Origin: Acidimicrobiia bacterium
GTDB taxonomy: Bacteria > Actinomycetota > Acidimicrobiia > Spongiisociales > JAENVV01
NCBI GenBank assembly: GCA_041586155.1
Contig: JBFHAT010000003.1
Span: forward strand, 27,115-91,114
Reading direction: 5' to 3'
Length of the DNA stretch: 64,000 bases
This document shows, piece by piece, positions 18,314 through 26,913 of the stretch. Position numbers and translations under genes: made by a program. Every line of letters begins with the position of its first letter. Positions within the stretch are counted from its first letter, which is position 1. Below the pieces are notes generated by a model. The model was not told where the DNA came from, did no database searches, and saw only the letters and a list, made by a program, of their open reading frames with translations.

Positions 18314-20826
18314 GGCTCGAAGTCCAACTCCTCGAGGGAGAATCCAGGGATCCCCAGCAAGGGCTCGAGCCATCCCTCCATCGCCGAGACGCTTCCGTCG
18401 GAGGTTTCGACACGAACGGTGTTGATCCACTCGTCCCAGTCGCATCGCTCGGTGTGGTTGGCAGGAGGGCGCAAACCGCCCAGGTCGTTGACGAATGGCG
18501 GTTCTGAGTCGAGTAGGCCTTCTCGGCGAAGCGCGTCGAGCGCCGCGAGCTGGGTTTCGTACGCCAGGGCATTGAGGACCAGATACCCCTCGACCAGGGC
18601 CTGCTCGGCGTTGTCTGACGGCAGAACCGATCCCACCGCTTTGTTGCGGATCTGACCCCACAGAAAGCTGTTCAGCGCTTTGGCGCCCAGCCTGGCGGCG
18701 CCGGTGAGGCCCAGCTTGGTGATGACCATGGTGCCGATGCCGCCGGTGGCGAGCCCCACGACCGCGGCGAAGACGCCTTTGGCCAGTGCGATGGCGGCGT
18801 CGCGTTCTCTCCCGTCGATGTATGAGTTCGTCAGGTACGCGTCTACGGTGATGCCTTCGATGGTGCCCAACTCGTAGTTGAGGCGTGTATCGGCGCCGTC
18901 TGGCGTGACTTGCCCTTGGATGGCCTGATACCGGAACGCCCCCACCATCATGAGGAACAGGTCGGCGACGTCGCGGTCCCGATTGATGTACTCCAGAACG
19001 TTGGCCAGCTGGGCTGGCTCCAGGTGAGCGGCGAGCAGACTTGGGCTCAGCTCCGAACTGGCGCCGCGGCCGCCTTCCAGCGTCAACAACGACGCGAGGT
19101 GCCCTTCCATCATGAGCGGGAGCGCCAGGAGGTAGCCGGGATGGTAGCTGAGCTGGTTGCGATCGAGGCCGGTGATCGTCGTCAAGGCGAGCGCCGCGAG
19201 GGCGACGGCATTGGGGTCGTCGGGCTGCGAACCGAGCGTGCCGAGAGCGGCTGCCATGGCGTCGCCGTCATCGCCGTACGACCAGATCGGCTCCATGAGC
19301 ATCGACCAGCCGTCATCGATCCACGGCAGATCGGAGGTATCGAGCGCGCGCATGTGATCGACGAAGTCGACCACGGCGTCGGGCCCGGCCGCTGCCAGGG
19401 CGCGCAGACCGTAGACACGAAGATCCTCTACCGTGCCCCGGTCGACCGTCACGTCGTACCAGGCATCGAGCGACGGACCTGCTCCCGGGTCCGCCATCGC
19501 CACGACGACCTGCGCCATGTACTCGATCAGGAATTCGGTGTCGTAACGTCCCCAATTGAGGAGCACGGATGCATCCATCCTGCCGCTTCGCCAGTCGGCC
19601 AAGTCGGCCGGCCTGATGGTGAGGCCCGGGGCCTGAGTGGCCGCCGCCAGGGCGTTCCCGAATCCGTCCAGGTGGTTGGCCCAGGCGTAGTCGCTGAGGG
19701 GAACGTATCCGTCGAACGCCCTCATGTATGTGTCAGGGAGACCTGCCAGGCCGTCGGGCCCCAACGCATTGAAGAACGACACGGCGACGGTGGGCTGACC
19801 AGAGAAGTGTTCCATCTGGTCGGCGAGCAGGCCGAGAAGGCCAGCGTCGAGTTCGGCGGAGGCCATGCCGTACAGATCGGCGAGGAGGATCCCGATCGAT
19901 GCGTCGCGCGTTTCGGCCGGTAGGTCGAAGGTGTACAAGCGATCGATCAGCAGCCTGTGGTCCGGGCGTGGCAGCGCTGCCCGAACTTCCTCGACCCAAC
20001 GGATCAGATCCGCGCGCTCCCCTGCAAGCTCGACGAGACGAATGTACGTGTCGTTGGACTGCCACCACGGCAAGTCTGCCTGTGCCTCCAGCTCCGAGCG
20101 GAGGTCGCCGATCTCAACATCGACGCGCGCCAGACGCACGGTCAGCGCCGCGATCGGTGACGACTCCCAGGCGGCCCGGTAGTCGGCCGTGAAATAGTGG
20201 CTTGGCAGACCCGCCTCTCGGGGCGAGAGGCCGCTCGTCATCGCGTCCAGGGCGCGTTGAAAGGTAGTGGGGTCGAACCCGACCTCTCGGAGGGCGATCG
20301 CCAAGTCCTCGAGGGTGCCTTCGATCGAGGAACCGACGTTCACGTAGCGAGCGAGCGATCGGAGCTCGGCCAGGCGATCTTGGAGCGCTTCAACCGATGA
20401 AGCGGAACTCGTGGTCAGCCTTGAAGCCAGCTCGTCCCTGGCGGCGATCATGTCATCGAGGATGGGATCGTTGTCGGACCCTGACCAATTCGCGATCCGG
20501 CGGTCGAGGTCCGCCGAAAGGGCCGCCATGTCCGAGAGGTCATCGCCGGCGAGCGTGTCGAACCGCCGAGGGTCGAAGCTGGGCACCGTCACCACCGCTG
20601 CGATGGGATCGAGGTGCTCGACGAACGCGGCCCGCGCATCCAGGTCGGTTGCCCGATCCCGCAGCTCGCTCACCGTCGTGGACAACGCACGGGTGCTGGG
20701 AGAGGTGACGCCGACCAGAGCGAGGACCTCCAACAGGTCTGACGTGGTGCGGCCGAGATCATCGGCATGTCTGCGCAGCGATCCGGCTCGCAATCGCAGC
20801 TCCGCAGGATCGAGCGCATAGATCAT
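18295..20826 (-). CDS. large hypothetical protein (843 aa), helical N-terminus, one predicted Gly-rich TM segment near residue 690
   Basis: Long ORF with high GC3. No recognisable catalytic motif. Candidate own promoter: TTGACA -35, 16 bp before the start codon, and a TAACGT -10-like hexamer 18 bp downstream of it, ending ~8 nt before the ATG. Confidence 0.5.
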   Translation of the reverse strand: MIYALDPAELRLRAGSLRRHADDLGRTTSDLLEVLALVGVTSPSTRALSTTVSELRDRATDLDARAAFVEHLDPIAAVVTVPSFDPRRFDTLAGDDLSDMAALSADLDRRIANWSGSDNDPILDDMIAARDELASRLTTSSASSVEALQDRLAELRSLARYVNVGSSIEGTLEDLAIALREVGFDPTTFQRALDAMTSGLSPREAGLPSHYFTADYRAAWESSPIAALTVRLARVDVEIGDLRSELEAQADLPWWQSNDTYIRLVELAGERADLIRWVEEVRAALPRPDHRLLIDRLYTFDLPAETRDASIGILLADLYGMASAELDAGLLGLLADQMEHFSGQPTVAVSFFNALGPDGLAGLPDTYMRAFDGYVPLSDYAWANHLDGFGNALAAATQAPGLTIRPADLADWRSGRMDASVLLNWGRYDTEFLIEYMAQVVVAMADPGAGPSLDAWYDVTVDRGTVEDLRVYGLRALAAAGPDAVVDFVDHMRALDTSDLPWIDDGWSMLMEPIWSYGDDGDAMAAALGTLGSQPDDPNAVALAALALTTITGLDRNQLSYHPGYLLALPLMMEGHLASLLTLEGGRGASSELSPSLLAAHLEPAQLANVLEYINRDRDVADLFLMMVGAFRYQAIQGQVTPDGADTRLNYELGTIEGITVDAYLTNSYIDGRERDAAIALAKGVFAAVVGLATGGIGTMVITKLGLTGAARLGAKALNSFLWGQIRNKAVGSVLPSDNAEQALVEGYLVLNALAYETQLAALDALRREGLLDSEPPFVNDLGGLRPPANHTERCDWDEWINTVRVETSDGSVSAMEGWLEPLLGIPGFSLEELDFEPYEYCK

Positions 20827-20841
20827 GCAGTGACGTTATCA

Positions 20842-20857
20842 AACGATAATTATCGTT
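20842..20857. promoter_or_regulatory. 16-bp perfect AT-rich palindrome AACGATAATTATCGTT between candidate -35 and -10 of the 843-aa gene
   Basis: Flanked by an 11-bp direct repeat GTT(A/G)TCAAACG. The whole sufU / 843-aa-gene intergenic region is 32 bp. Confidence 0.4.
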
Positions 20858-20858
20858 G

Positions 20859-21305
20859 TCAAACGTTTGTCTGGGTGAGGGCCAGGTCGAGCGTCTCCCA
20901 TCCGAGCAGTGCGCATTTGATGCGGACCGGGTACCGCCGAACCCCATGCAGCGCCTCGAGGTCGCCCAAGTAGCGGCCCGGCTCCTCGGGGTCGATCGGC
21001 GCCTGGTCGTCGGATGTCATCATGCGCTTGAAGCGCTCGGCCAGCGCTTGGATCTCTTGGACCGACCTGCCTTCGACTGCCTGTGACATCATCGATGCCG
21101 AGCTCTGGCTGATGGAACATCCCTGCCCGCGAACGGAAACCCCACTCACTCGGTCGCCATCCAGCGTGAGGTCTAACTCGATCCGATCACCACACAGAGG
21201 GTTGTCACCCTCGGCATGGGCGTCCACCCGGTCGAGAGGTTTGCGATTGCGGGGGTTGCGATAGTGGTCGAGCACCACTTCGCGGTAGAGGTCTTCAAGG
21301 GCCAT
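20859..21305 (-). CDS. sufU: SufU/NifU-like Fe-S cluster scaffold (sulfur acceptor)
   Basis: 'NPLCGDRIELD', 'GQGCSISQSSASMM', 'RIKCALLGWETL' conserved Cys ligands. 148 aa. Confidence 0.85.
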   Translation of the reverse strand: MALEDLYREVVLDHYRNPRNRKPLDRVDAHAEGDNPLCGDRIELDLTLDGDRVSGVSVRGQGCSISQSSASMMSQAVEGRSVQEIQALAERFKRMMTSDDQAPIDPEEPGRYLGDLEALHGVRRYPVRIKCALLGWETLDLALTQTNV

Positions 21306-21315
21306 CGAGTTCAGG

Positions 21316-22539
21316 CTAGTGCGGCCCTACTCCAAACAATTCCGAAGCGTGATGCAACGCATCGACCAGTTGGTCGACGTCCTGTTCGTCCGAATATACG
21401 GAGAACGATGCTCGAGCGGTGGCGGGTACCCCGAGGTGATCCATGAGCGGTCGCGCACAGTGGTGGCCGGCCCGCACCGCCACGTGGTGCTCATCCAAGA
21501 TCGTGGCGAGGTCGTGGGCATGCACGTCGGCCAGAGTGAACGAGATCACCCCACCCCGCCGTTCGACGTTGTTCGGGCCGTACACGGTGAGATGATCGAA
21601 CTCGCCGAGACGGTCCAACGCGTATCGGGTGAGCTCCATGTCGTGATCACGAACCGTGCCCATCCCCAGCTCGCCGAGATAGTCGACCGCAGCCCCCAAA
21701 CCGATCGCTTCCACGATCGGTGGCGTTCCGGCCTCGAGCTTCTGGGGAACCGGCGCCCAGGTAGATTCGTAGAGGCCCACATCGGCGATCATCTCACCGC
21801 CCCCCTCGAACGGCTCCAGGGCCTCGAGGAGTTCGAGCCGGCCCCACAGCACGCCGACGCCGGTTGGTCCCAGCATCTTGTGTGCCGAGAATGCCAAGAA
21901 ATCGGCACCGAGCGACTTCACATCCACCGGGGCGTGCGGAACCAGTTGGGCGCCGTCGACGATCAGGATCGCGCCCGCATCTTCTGCCATCGTCCGGATC
22001 GGTCCGATCGATGGGATCGTTCCGAGGACATTCGACATGCCGGTGACAGAGATCACCGCAATGCGCTCGTCGACGAGGTGGTTCATCGCTGCCAGGTCCA
22101 ACTCGTATCGGTCGTCGAGCGGCGCGAAGACCAGCTCTGCCCCGGTACGCGCCGCCACCATCTGCCAGGGCACCAGGTTGGCGTGGTGTTCCATCTGTGT
22201 GAGCAGGATCCGGTCGCCCGGACGGAGACGCGCGCCGGCCCATGCGAACGCCAGCATGTTGAGGCTGGTCGTGGTCCCGCGCGTGAATACGATCTCCCGA
22301 GGGTCCGCCGCCCCGATGAACGCTGCCACCTTGGCGCGTGCGGCCTCGTAGGCTTCGGTGGCCATCTCGGAGAGACGGTAGGCGCCTCGATGAACGTTGG
22401 AGTAGTACGACGAATACGCCTCCGTCATCACGTCGAGCACCTGTTGCGGCTTTTGAGACGACGCAGCCGAGTCGAGGAACGCCAGCCGCGGCCCGGTGCC
22501 GTTCAGGATCGGAAAGTCACGCCTTCGGTCAACCCGCAT
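21316..22539 (-). CDS. sufS: cysteine desulfurase SufS
   Basis: Class V aminotransferase: 'FSAHKMLGPTGVGVLWG' (PLP Lys), 'RAGHHCARPL' active-site Cys loop. Start likely the internal 'MRVDRRRDFPIL'. Confidence 0.9.
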   Translation of the reverse strand: MRVDRRRDFPILNGTGPRLAFLDSAASSQKPQQVLDVMTEAYSSYYSNVHRGAYRLSEMATEAYEAARAKVAAFIGAADPREIVFTRGTTTSLNMLAFAWAGARLRPGDRILLTQMEHHANLVPWQMVAARTGAELVFAPLDDRYELDLAAMNHLVDERIAVISVTGMSNVLGTIPSIGPIRTMAEDAGAILIVDGAQLVPHAPVDVKSLGADFLAFSAHKMLGPTGVGVLWGRLELLEALEPFEGGGEMIADVGLYESTWAPVPQKLEAGTPPIVEAIGLGAAVDYLGELGMGTVRDHDMELTRYALDRLGEFDHLTVYGPNNVERRGGVISFTLADVHAHDLATILDEHHVAVRAGHHCARPLMDHLGVPATARASFSVYSDEQDVDQLVDALHHASELFGVGPH

Positions 22540-23278
22540 GCGTGCGGAACGCGTCGTAGCCATCCTCCTCCAAGGTCTGGGCCAGGTCTGGTCCGCCCGA
22601 GGTCAGGATACGCCCATCCATGAAGATGTGGACGACGTGCGGTTCGATGTAGTCGAGCAGTCGCTGGTAGTGGGTGATGATCAGGAATCCTCGCTCGGGG
22701 GAGGTCAAGCGGCCGATGCCCTCAGCCACGATACGAAGGGCATCGATATCCAGACCGCTGTCGGTTTCGTCCATGATCGCCAGGGCGGGCTCGAGTACGG
22801 CCATCTGTAGGACTTCGTTGCGCTTTCGTTCCCCACCCGAGAACCCCTCGTTGAGGTAGCGGTCGGCAAATCCCGAGTCCATGCCGAGATCAGCCATCGC
22901 CTCCATGACTTTGAGACGGAGCTCGAGCACCGTGTAGTCGATCCCACTCTTGTTCGAGAGCGCTTGGCGAAGAAACTGGATCACCGAGACTCCGGGGATC
23001 GTCTCGGGGTGTTGGAAGGCCAAGAACATGCCCCGGGTGCCGCGGTCATTGGGGGACAGCTCGCCGACGTCCTCGCCCTCGAAGCGAATCGAGCCCGCCG
23101 TGATCTCGTAGGCGGGATGACCCATCAGGACCTTGGCCAGCGTCGATTTGCCAGACCCATTCGGACCCATCAACGCATGAACCTCGCCCCGCTCGACGGT
23201 GAGGTCGACGCCCCTCAGGATGGGGACGCCGTCGACCGAGGCGTGCAAGCCGTCGATCTCCAACAAAGGGGCGCTCAT
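22529..23278 (-). CDS. sufC: Fe-S cluster assembly ATPase SufC (canonical copy)
   Basis: 'GPNGSGKSTLAKVL', 'LAFQHPETIPGVSV', 'FSGGERKRNEVLQ', 'MDETDSGLDIDAL', 'ITHYQRLLDYI'. Confidence 0.9.
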   Translation of the reverse strand: MSAPLLEIDGLHASVDGVPILRGVDLTVERGEVHALMGPNGSGKSTLAKVLMGHPAYEITAGSIRFEGEDVGELSPNDRGTRGMFLAFQHPETIPGVSVIQFLRQALSNKSGIDYTVLELRLKVMEAMADLGMDSGFADRYLNEGFSGGERKRNEVLQMAVLEPALAIMDETDSGLDIDALRIVAEGIGRLTSPERGFLIITHYQRLLDYIEPHVVHIFMDGRILTSGGPDLAQTLEEDGYDAFRTHAG

Positions 23279-23356
23279 GTGGGTTCTCCGCTCGGGAGGT
23301 CAGAATGGTAGTAGCCGCACCGAGCACACGATCCGGAGCGCTAACGTCGAGAAGCC

Positions 23357-23851
23357 ATGGGAGCATCCGACGCCAGCCACCGGGTCGTCGCCGCCGCCCG
23401 GGCGGGCGGGGTGACGGTGCGCATCCAGGAGTTCCCAGCAGGAACCAAGACGGCAACCGATGCCGCCGAAGCGGTCGGGTGCGAGGTCGCGGCCATCGTC
23501 AAGTCGCTCGTGTTCGAAGTGGACGGAGAACCCGTCGTTGCGCTGATTCCCGGTGATCGCATCCTCGACGTGGATCTTCTGGCGAACGCGGCAGGCGGCG
23601 CCCAATGCCGCCGGGCGGATCTCGACATGGTTCGGGCTGCGACGGGCTTCGTTGCCGGCGGAACCCCACCATTCGGGCACCGCAGCGCTTTGCGGGTGTT
23701 CGCCGATCTGGGCCTCCGCCGTCACCAGCTGCTCTGGGCGGCCGGGGGCACGCCGACCACCGTCTTCGAGATCGCTCTGGAAGATCTGATCGCTCTGGCC
23801 GAGGCAGCTTGGGCCGACATCAGCGTCCCTCAGTCGAACAACCCTCCGTAG
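23357..23851 (+). CDS. YbaK/ProX-type aminoacyl-tRNA deacylase domain protein
   Basis: 'KSLVFEVDGEPVVALIPGDRILD', 'GGTPPFGH' typical of YbaK/prolyl-tRNA editing domains. Confidence 0.7.
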   Translation: MGASDASHRVVAAARAGGVTVRIQEFPAGTKTATDAAEAVGCEVAAIVKSLVFEVDGEPVVALIPGDRILDVDLLANAAGGAQCRRADLDMVRAATGFVAGGTPPFGHRSALRVFADLGLRRHQLLWAAGGTPTTVFEIALEDLIALAEAAWADISVPQSNNPP

Positions 23852-24855
23852 GCTCGATCGATCCGCCCGGCGTCCAGCCGATCCAGGAACTGCAGATACA
23901 GCTTGTCGACGCCCAGGTCGGCGAGTTCATCCAACCTCGCCTCGACCGCCGGGCGCATTCCCATCGGCAGCCCCCGATTCCTGGCTCTGTGCTCGAATTC
24001 GTCGACGTCCTCATGCCAGAACGCAGCGGCGTCCTCGAGGTTCTGCCGGTACTCGTCCTCATCCCGGCCGCTGAACACCTGGCTCATGACGCTGATCGTG
24101 ATCGACTCGGGATCTCGGCCCGCATGCTCGGCCGCCCGTCGCATCCGGGCGATGCGGTCCCGCATCTCGTGCGGTTCGTCGATGAACATGTTGTACTCGT
24201 CGGCGTATGTGCCGGCGACTCGCGGGGTACGTCGAGGGCCGGAGCCGCCGATGACGATCGGGAGGGGACCGGTCCGGCCAGGCCAGGCCTCGGTGGAAAG
24301 GGAGAAGAAGGTCCCGGCGTGCGGCCTCCCGTCGAACGCCGCCCGCAGATAGCCCAGCGAGTCCTCGAACCGCTCGAAGCGTTCTGCCGGTTCGGGGAAG
24401 GGGATCCCATATTGACGGTGCTCCGACCCCATCCATCCGGTGCCGATTCCGAGATCGAAGCGTCCGTTCGACATCTGGTCGATCGTGGCGGCGTTCTTGG
24501 CGATCACGGCGGGATGGCGGAATGTGAGCGGCGACACGAGCACGGTCAGCCGGATCGTGGCGGTATCCCTGGCGAGGCCGGCGAGGGTGGCGAATGCGTC
24601 GGTGGCGGGGCGGGGGTCACCATCGGTCCACCCGTAATGGTCCGATCGGGCGAAAGCCACCAGGCCGTGGCGTTCGGCCCATCGTGCGACCGCCAATATC
24701 TCGTCGTACGTTCCGCCGAGCTGAGGCTCGACCATCAGTGCCAAGTCCACAAGGTCCCGTTCACTCCCGGCCGGCGCCAGGGTAGCGAGGCCGAGCTCCT
24801 CGCTCAGACCGCCGAGCGGATGATGCCCTCCAGGTCGGATTGGTGGGCCTGCCAT
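23830..24855 (-). CDS. LLM-class (luciferase-like) flavin/F420-dependent oxidoreductase; start uncertain
   Basis: 'ELGLATLAP...DLVDLA', 'SDHYGW', 'LGIGTGWM' luciferase-like monooxygenase motifs. The only canonical start in the ORF overlaps the galE 3' end. Confidence 0.7.
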   Translation of the reverse strand: MAGPPIRPGGHHPLGGLSEELGLATLAPAGSERDLVDLALMVEPQLGGTYDEILAVARWAERHGLVAFARSDHYGWTDGDPRPATDAFATLAGLARDTATIRLTVLVSPLTFRHPAVIAKNAATIDQMSNGRFDLGIGTGWMGSEHRQYGIPFPEPAERFERFEDSLGYLRAAFDGRPHAGTFFSLSTEAWPGRTGPLPIVIGGSGPRRTPRVAGTYADEYNMFIDEPHEMRDRIARMRRAAEHAGRDPESITISVMSQVFSGRDEDEYRQNLEDAAAFWHEDVDEFEHRARNRGLPMGMRPAVEARLDELADLGVDKLYLQFLDRLDAGRIDRAYGGLFD

Positions 24856-25751
24856 CCGAACAGCTCCATTGCCAGCCTGGGATCAGCCACCAACTCGGCC
24901 GGATCGCCCTCCCGCCGGGGGGCGAACTCCCACGGCACCGTCCATCCCGTTACATGTTCGACGGACTTGATCATCTCCAGTACCGAGCACCCCGTGCCGG
25001 TGCCGAGGTTGGCGGCGGTCGACGATCCGCCGGCCCTCAAGTAGTCGACCGCGGCCAGGTGGGCGAGCCCGAGGTCGGCGACGTGGATGTAGTCGCGAAT
25101 CGCCGTCCCGTCGGGCGTGGGATAGTCGGAGCCGAATACGGACAGACTCTCCGATCGACCCGATGCCGCGGCGAGCACCAGCGGAAGGAGGTGAGTCTCC
25201 GGCTCGTGCGCCTCGCGCCGCCGCTCCGTGCCTCCGGCGGCGTTGAAATATCGCAGCGCCACTGACCTCATGCCGTGTGGGCGCTGCATGTACCCCAGCA
25301 TTTGCTCCACCGCCAGCTTGGTCCAGCCATAGGGACTCGTGGGGCTGGTTGGATGGCTTTCGGGGATCGGTACCTGGATCGGATCGCCGTAGACAGCGGC
25401 CGATGACGAGAACACGAAGCTCTCCACGCCCGCCTTTCCGAGCTCGTCGAGCAAGCTGATCGTCTGGCCCACGTTCATGTCGAAATACAAGCCGGGGTCG
25501 CGCGTGCTCTCGCCGACTGCGATGTAACCGGCGAAGTGGATCACGGCGTCGGGACGTTGCTCGGCGAGTAGCCGGCCGACCAGGTCGCGGTCGCCGACCG
25601 ATCCCACGGTGAGGCGAGCATCCGGGTGGACGGCCGATTCGTGGCCCCGCGACAGGTCGTCGAGCACGACGACGTCGTCGCCTCTCTCTACCAGCAGGTC
25701 GACGACGACCGAACCGATGTAGCCGGCGCCCCCTGTCACCAAGATCGTCAT
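24804..25751 (-). CDS. galE: UDP-glucose 4-epimerase
   Basis: 'ILVTGGAGYIGS', 'YGWTKLAVEQML' (YxxxK), 315 aa. The long ORF 24804-26405 is GalE in the same frame plus a spurious upstream extension; galK overlaps in another frame. Confidence 0.9.
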   Translation of the reverse strand: MTILVTGGAGYIGSVVVDLLVERGDDVVVLDDLSRGHESAVHPDARLTVGSVGDRDLVGRLLAEQRPDAVIHFAGYIAVGESTRDPGLYFDMNVGQTISLLDELGKAGVESFVFSSSAAVYGDPIQVPIPESHPTSPTSPYGWTKLAVEQMLGYMQRPHGMRSVALRYFNAAGGTERRREAHEPETHLLPLVLAAASGRSESLSVFGSDYPTPDGTAIRDYIHVADLGLAHLAAVDYLRAGGSSTAANLGTGTGCSVLEMIKSVEHVTGWTVPWEFAPRREGDPAELVADPRLAMELFGWQAHQSDLEGIIRSAV

Positions 25752-26881
25752 CAGAGGTGCTCGAGACGGGCGCCCGGGCCCGGCGTCGTGGCGAAGATGG
25801 AAGGAACGAGTCCGGTCTGGCGGTGGAACGCGTGCGTCACCTCTTCGACGAAGGCCTGGGTGGCCGCGCGGTCGACGAGCGCGACGGCTGCCCCTCCGAA
25901 TCCGGCGCCGGTGAGCCGGGCACCCAGACATCCTGGAGCATGGCGTGCCAGGGCGGTGATCGCATCGAGGGCCGGGGTCGACACCTCGAAATCGCGAGCC
26001 AAGCTCTCGTGGCTTTCGTTCATCAGTTTGCCCATCATCATGCGGTCTCCTCCCGCGGCCCGGAACGACGCTACGCGCTCGTTCTCCGTGATCACGTGCG
26101 TTCCTCGCCGCATCTCGACCGGTGAGAGGCGTGCAGCATGGCGGTCCAGCTGACCGAGTGTGGCGAACCGCAACGAGGGGACGCCCAGCGTAGCGGCGAC
26201 CCGCTCGCAGGCTGCCCTTCGCTCGTTGTATTCCGAATCGACCAGGCCGCGACGCGTGCTCGTGTCCATGACCACCGTGGTGGTGTCGGAGGGCAACGCC
26301 ACCGACTCCGTCTCGTTCGTGTGGCAGTCGATGAAGAGGGCGGTCCCTTCTGTCGCTGCTGCCGATACGAGCTGATCCATGATGCCGCTGTTCATGCCGA
26401 CCCATTCATTCTCAGCCCGCTGGGCCAGCAGCGCCATCTCCAGCGGGTCCCAATCAACGCCGACGGTGAAGGCGACCAGGGAGGCGATCTCGAGAGCGGC
26501 GGACGACGACAATCCCGAACCCCGGGGCACGTCGCTGGCGATGACTCCCTCCCAACCCCGCAGCGTTTTGCCGGCCTTCTGCAGCTCGTTTGCGACCCCG
26601 ATCAAATAGTTGCTCCACGCCCGTGGCCGGGCTCTCATCTTGCTGAACCCGAACTGAACCCGGCTCCCGAGGTCGTCGGCCACTGCGTCCACCCAGTCGC
26701 CATCGATGGGCGTGAACGCGATCCACGTGCGGAGGTGAAGCGCCATGGGAAGGACGAAGCCGTCCTGGTAGTCCGTGTGGTCGCCGATCAGATTGACCCG
26801 TCCGGGAGCCGACGCCAGATGGGTCGGTGGCGTGCCGAAGGTCTGCCGATAGGCGTCGATTGCCCGGTCGCGTCCGATCAT
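25751..26881 (-). CDS. galK: galactokinase
   Basis: 'APGRVNLIGDHTDYQDGFVLPMAL' signature and GHMP kinase motif 'PRGSGLSSSAALE'. 1-nt overlap with the galE start. Confidence 0.85.
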   Translation of the reverse strand: MIGRDRAIDAYRQTFGTPPTHLASAPGRVNLIGDHTDYQDGFVLPMALHLRTWIAFTPIDGDWVDAVADDLGSRVQFGFSKMRARPRAWSNYLIGVANELQKAGKTLRGWEGVIASDVPRGSGLSSSAALEIASLVAFTVGVDWDPLEMALLAQRAENEWVGMNSGIMDQLVSAAATEGTALFIDCHTNETESVALPSDTTTVVMDTSTRRGLVDSEYNERRAACERVAATLGVPSLRFATLGQLDRHAARLSPVEMRRGTHVITENERVASFRAAGGDRMMMGKLMNESHESLARDFEVSTPALDAITALARHAPGCLGARLTGAGFGGAAVALVDRAATQAFVEEVTHAFHRQTGLVPSIFATTPGPGARLEHL

Positions 26882-26913
26882 CGCCGGAGCCTATTGCCAG
26901 GGTTCTGCGAGGG

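Noticed and set aside
23279-23356. Searched the sufC/ybaK divergent region for a SufR-type inverted repeat
   Set aside because: No convincing dyad found, only short GC-rich sequence. Cannot support an operator call.
24804-26405. 533-aa ORF reported as a single gene
   Set aside because: The N-terminal 218 aa are His/Arg/Gly-rich junk overlapping galK in another frame. The real product is GalE starting at the internal 'MTILVTGGAGYIGS' (25751).
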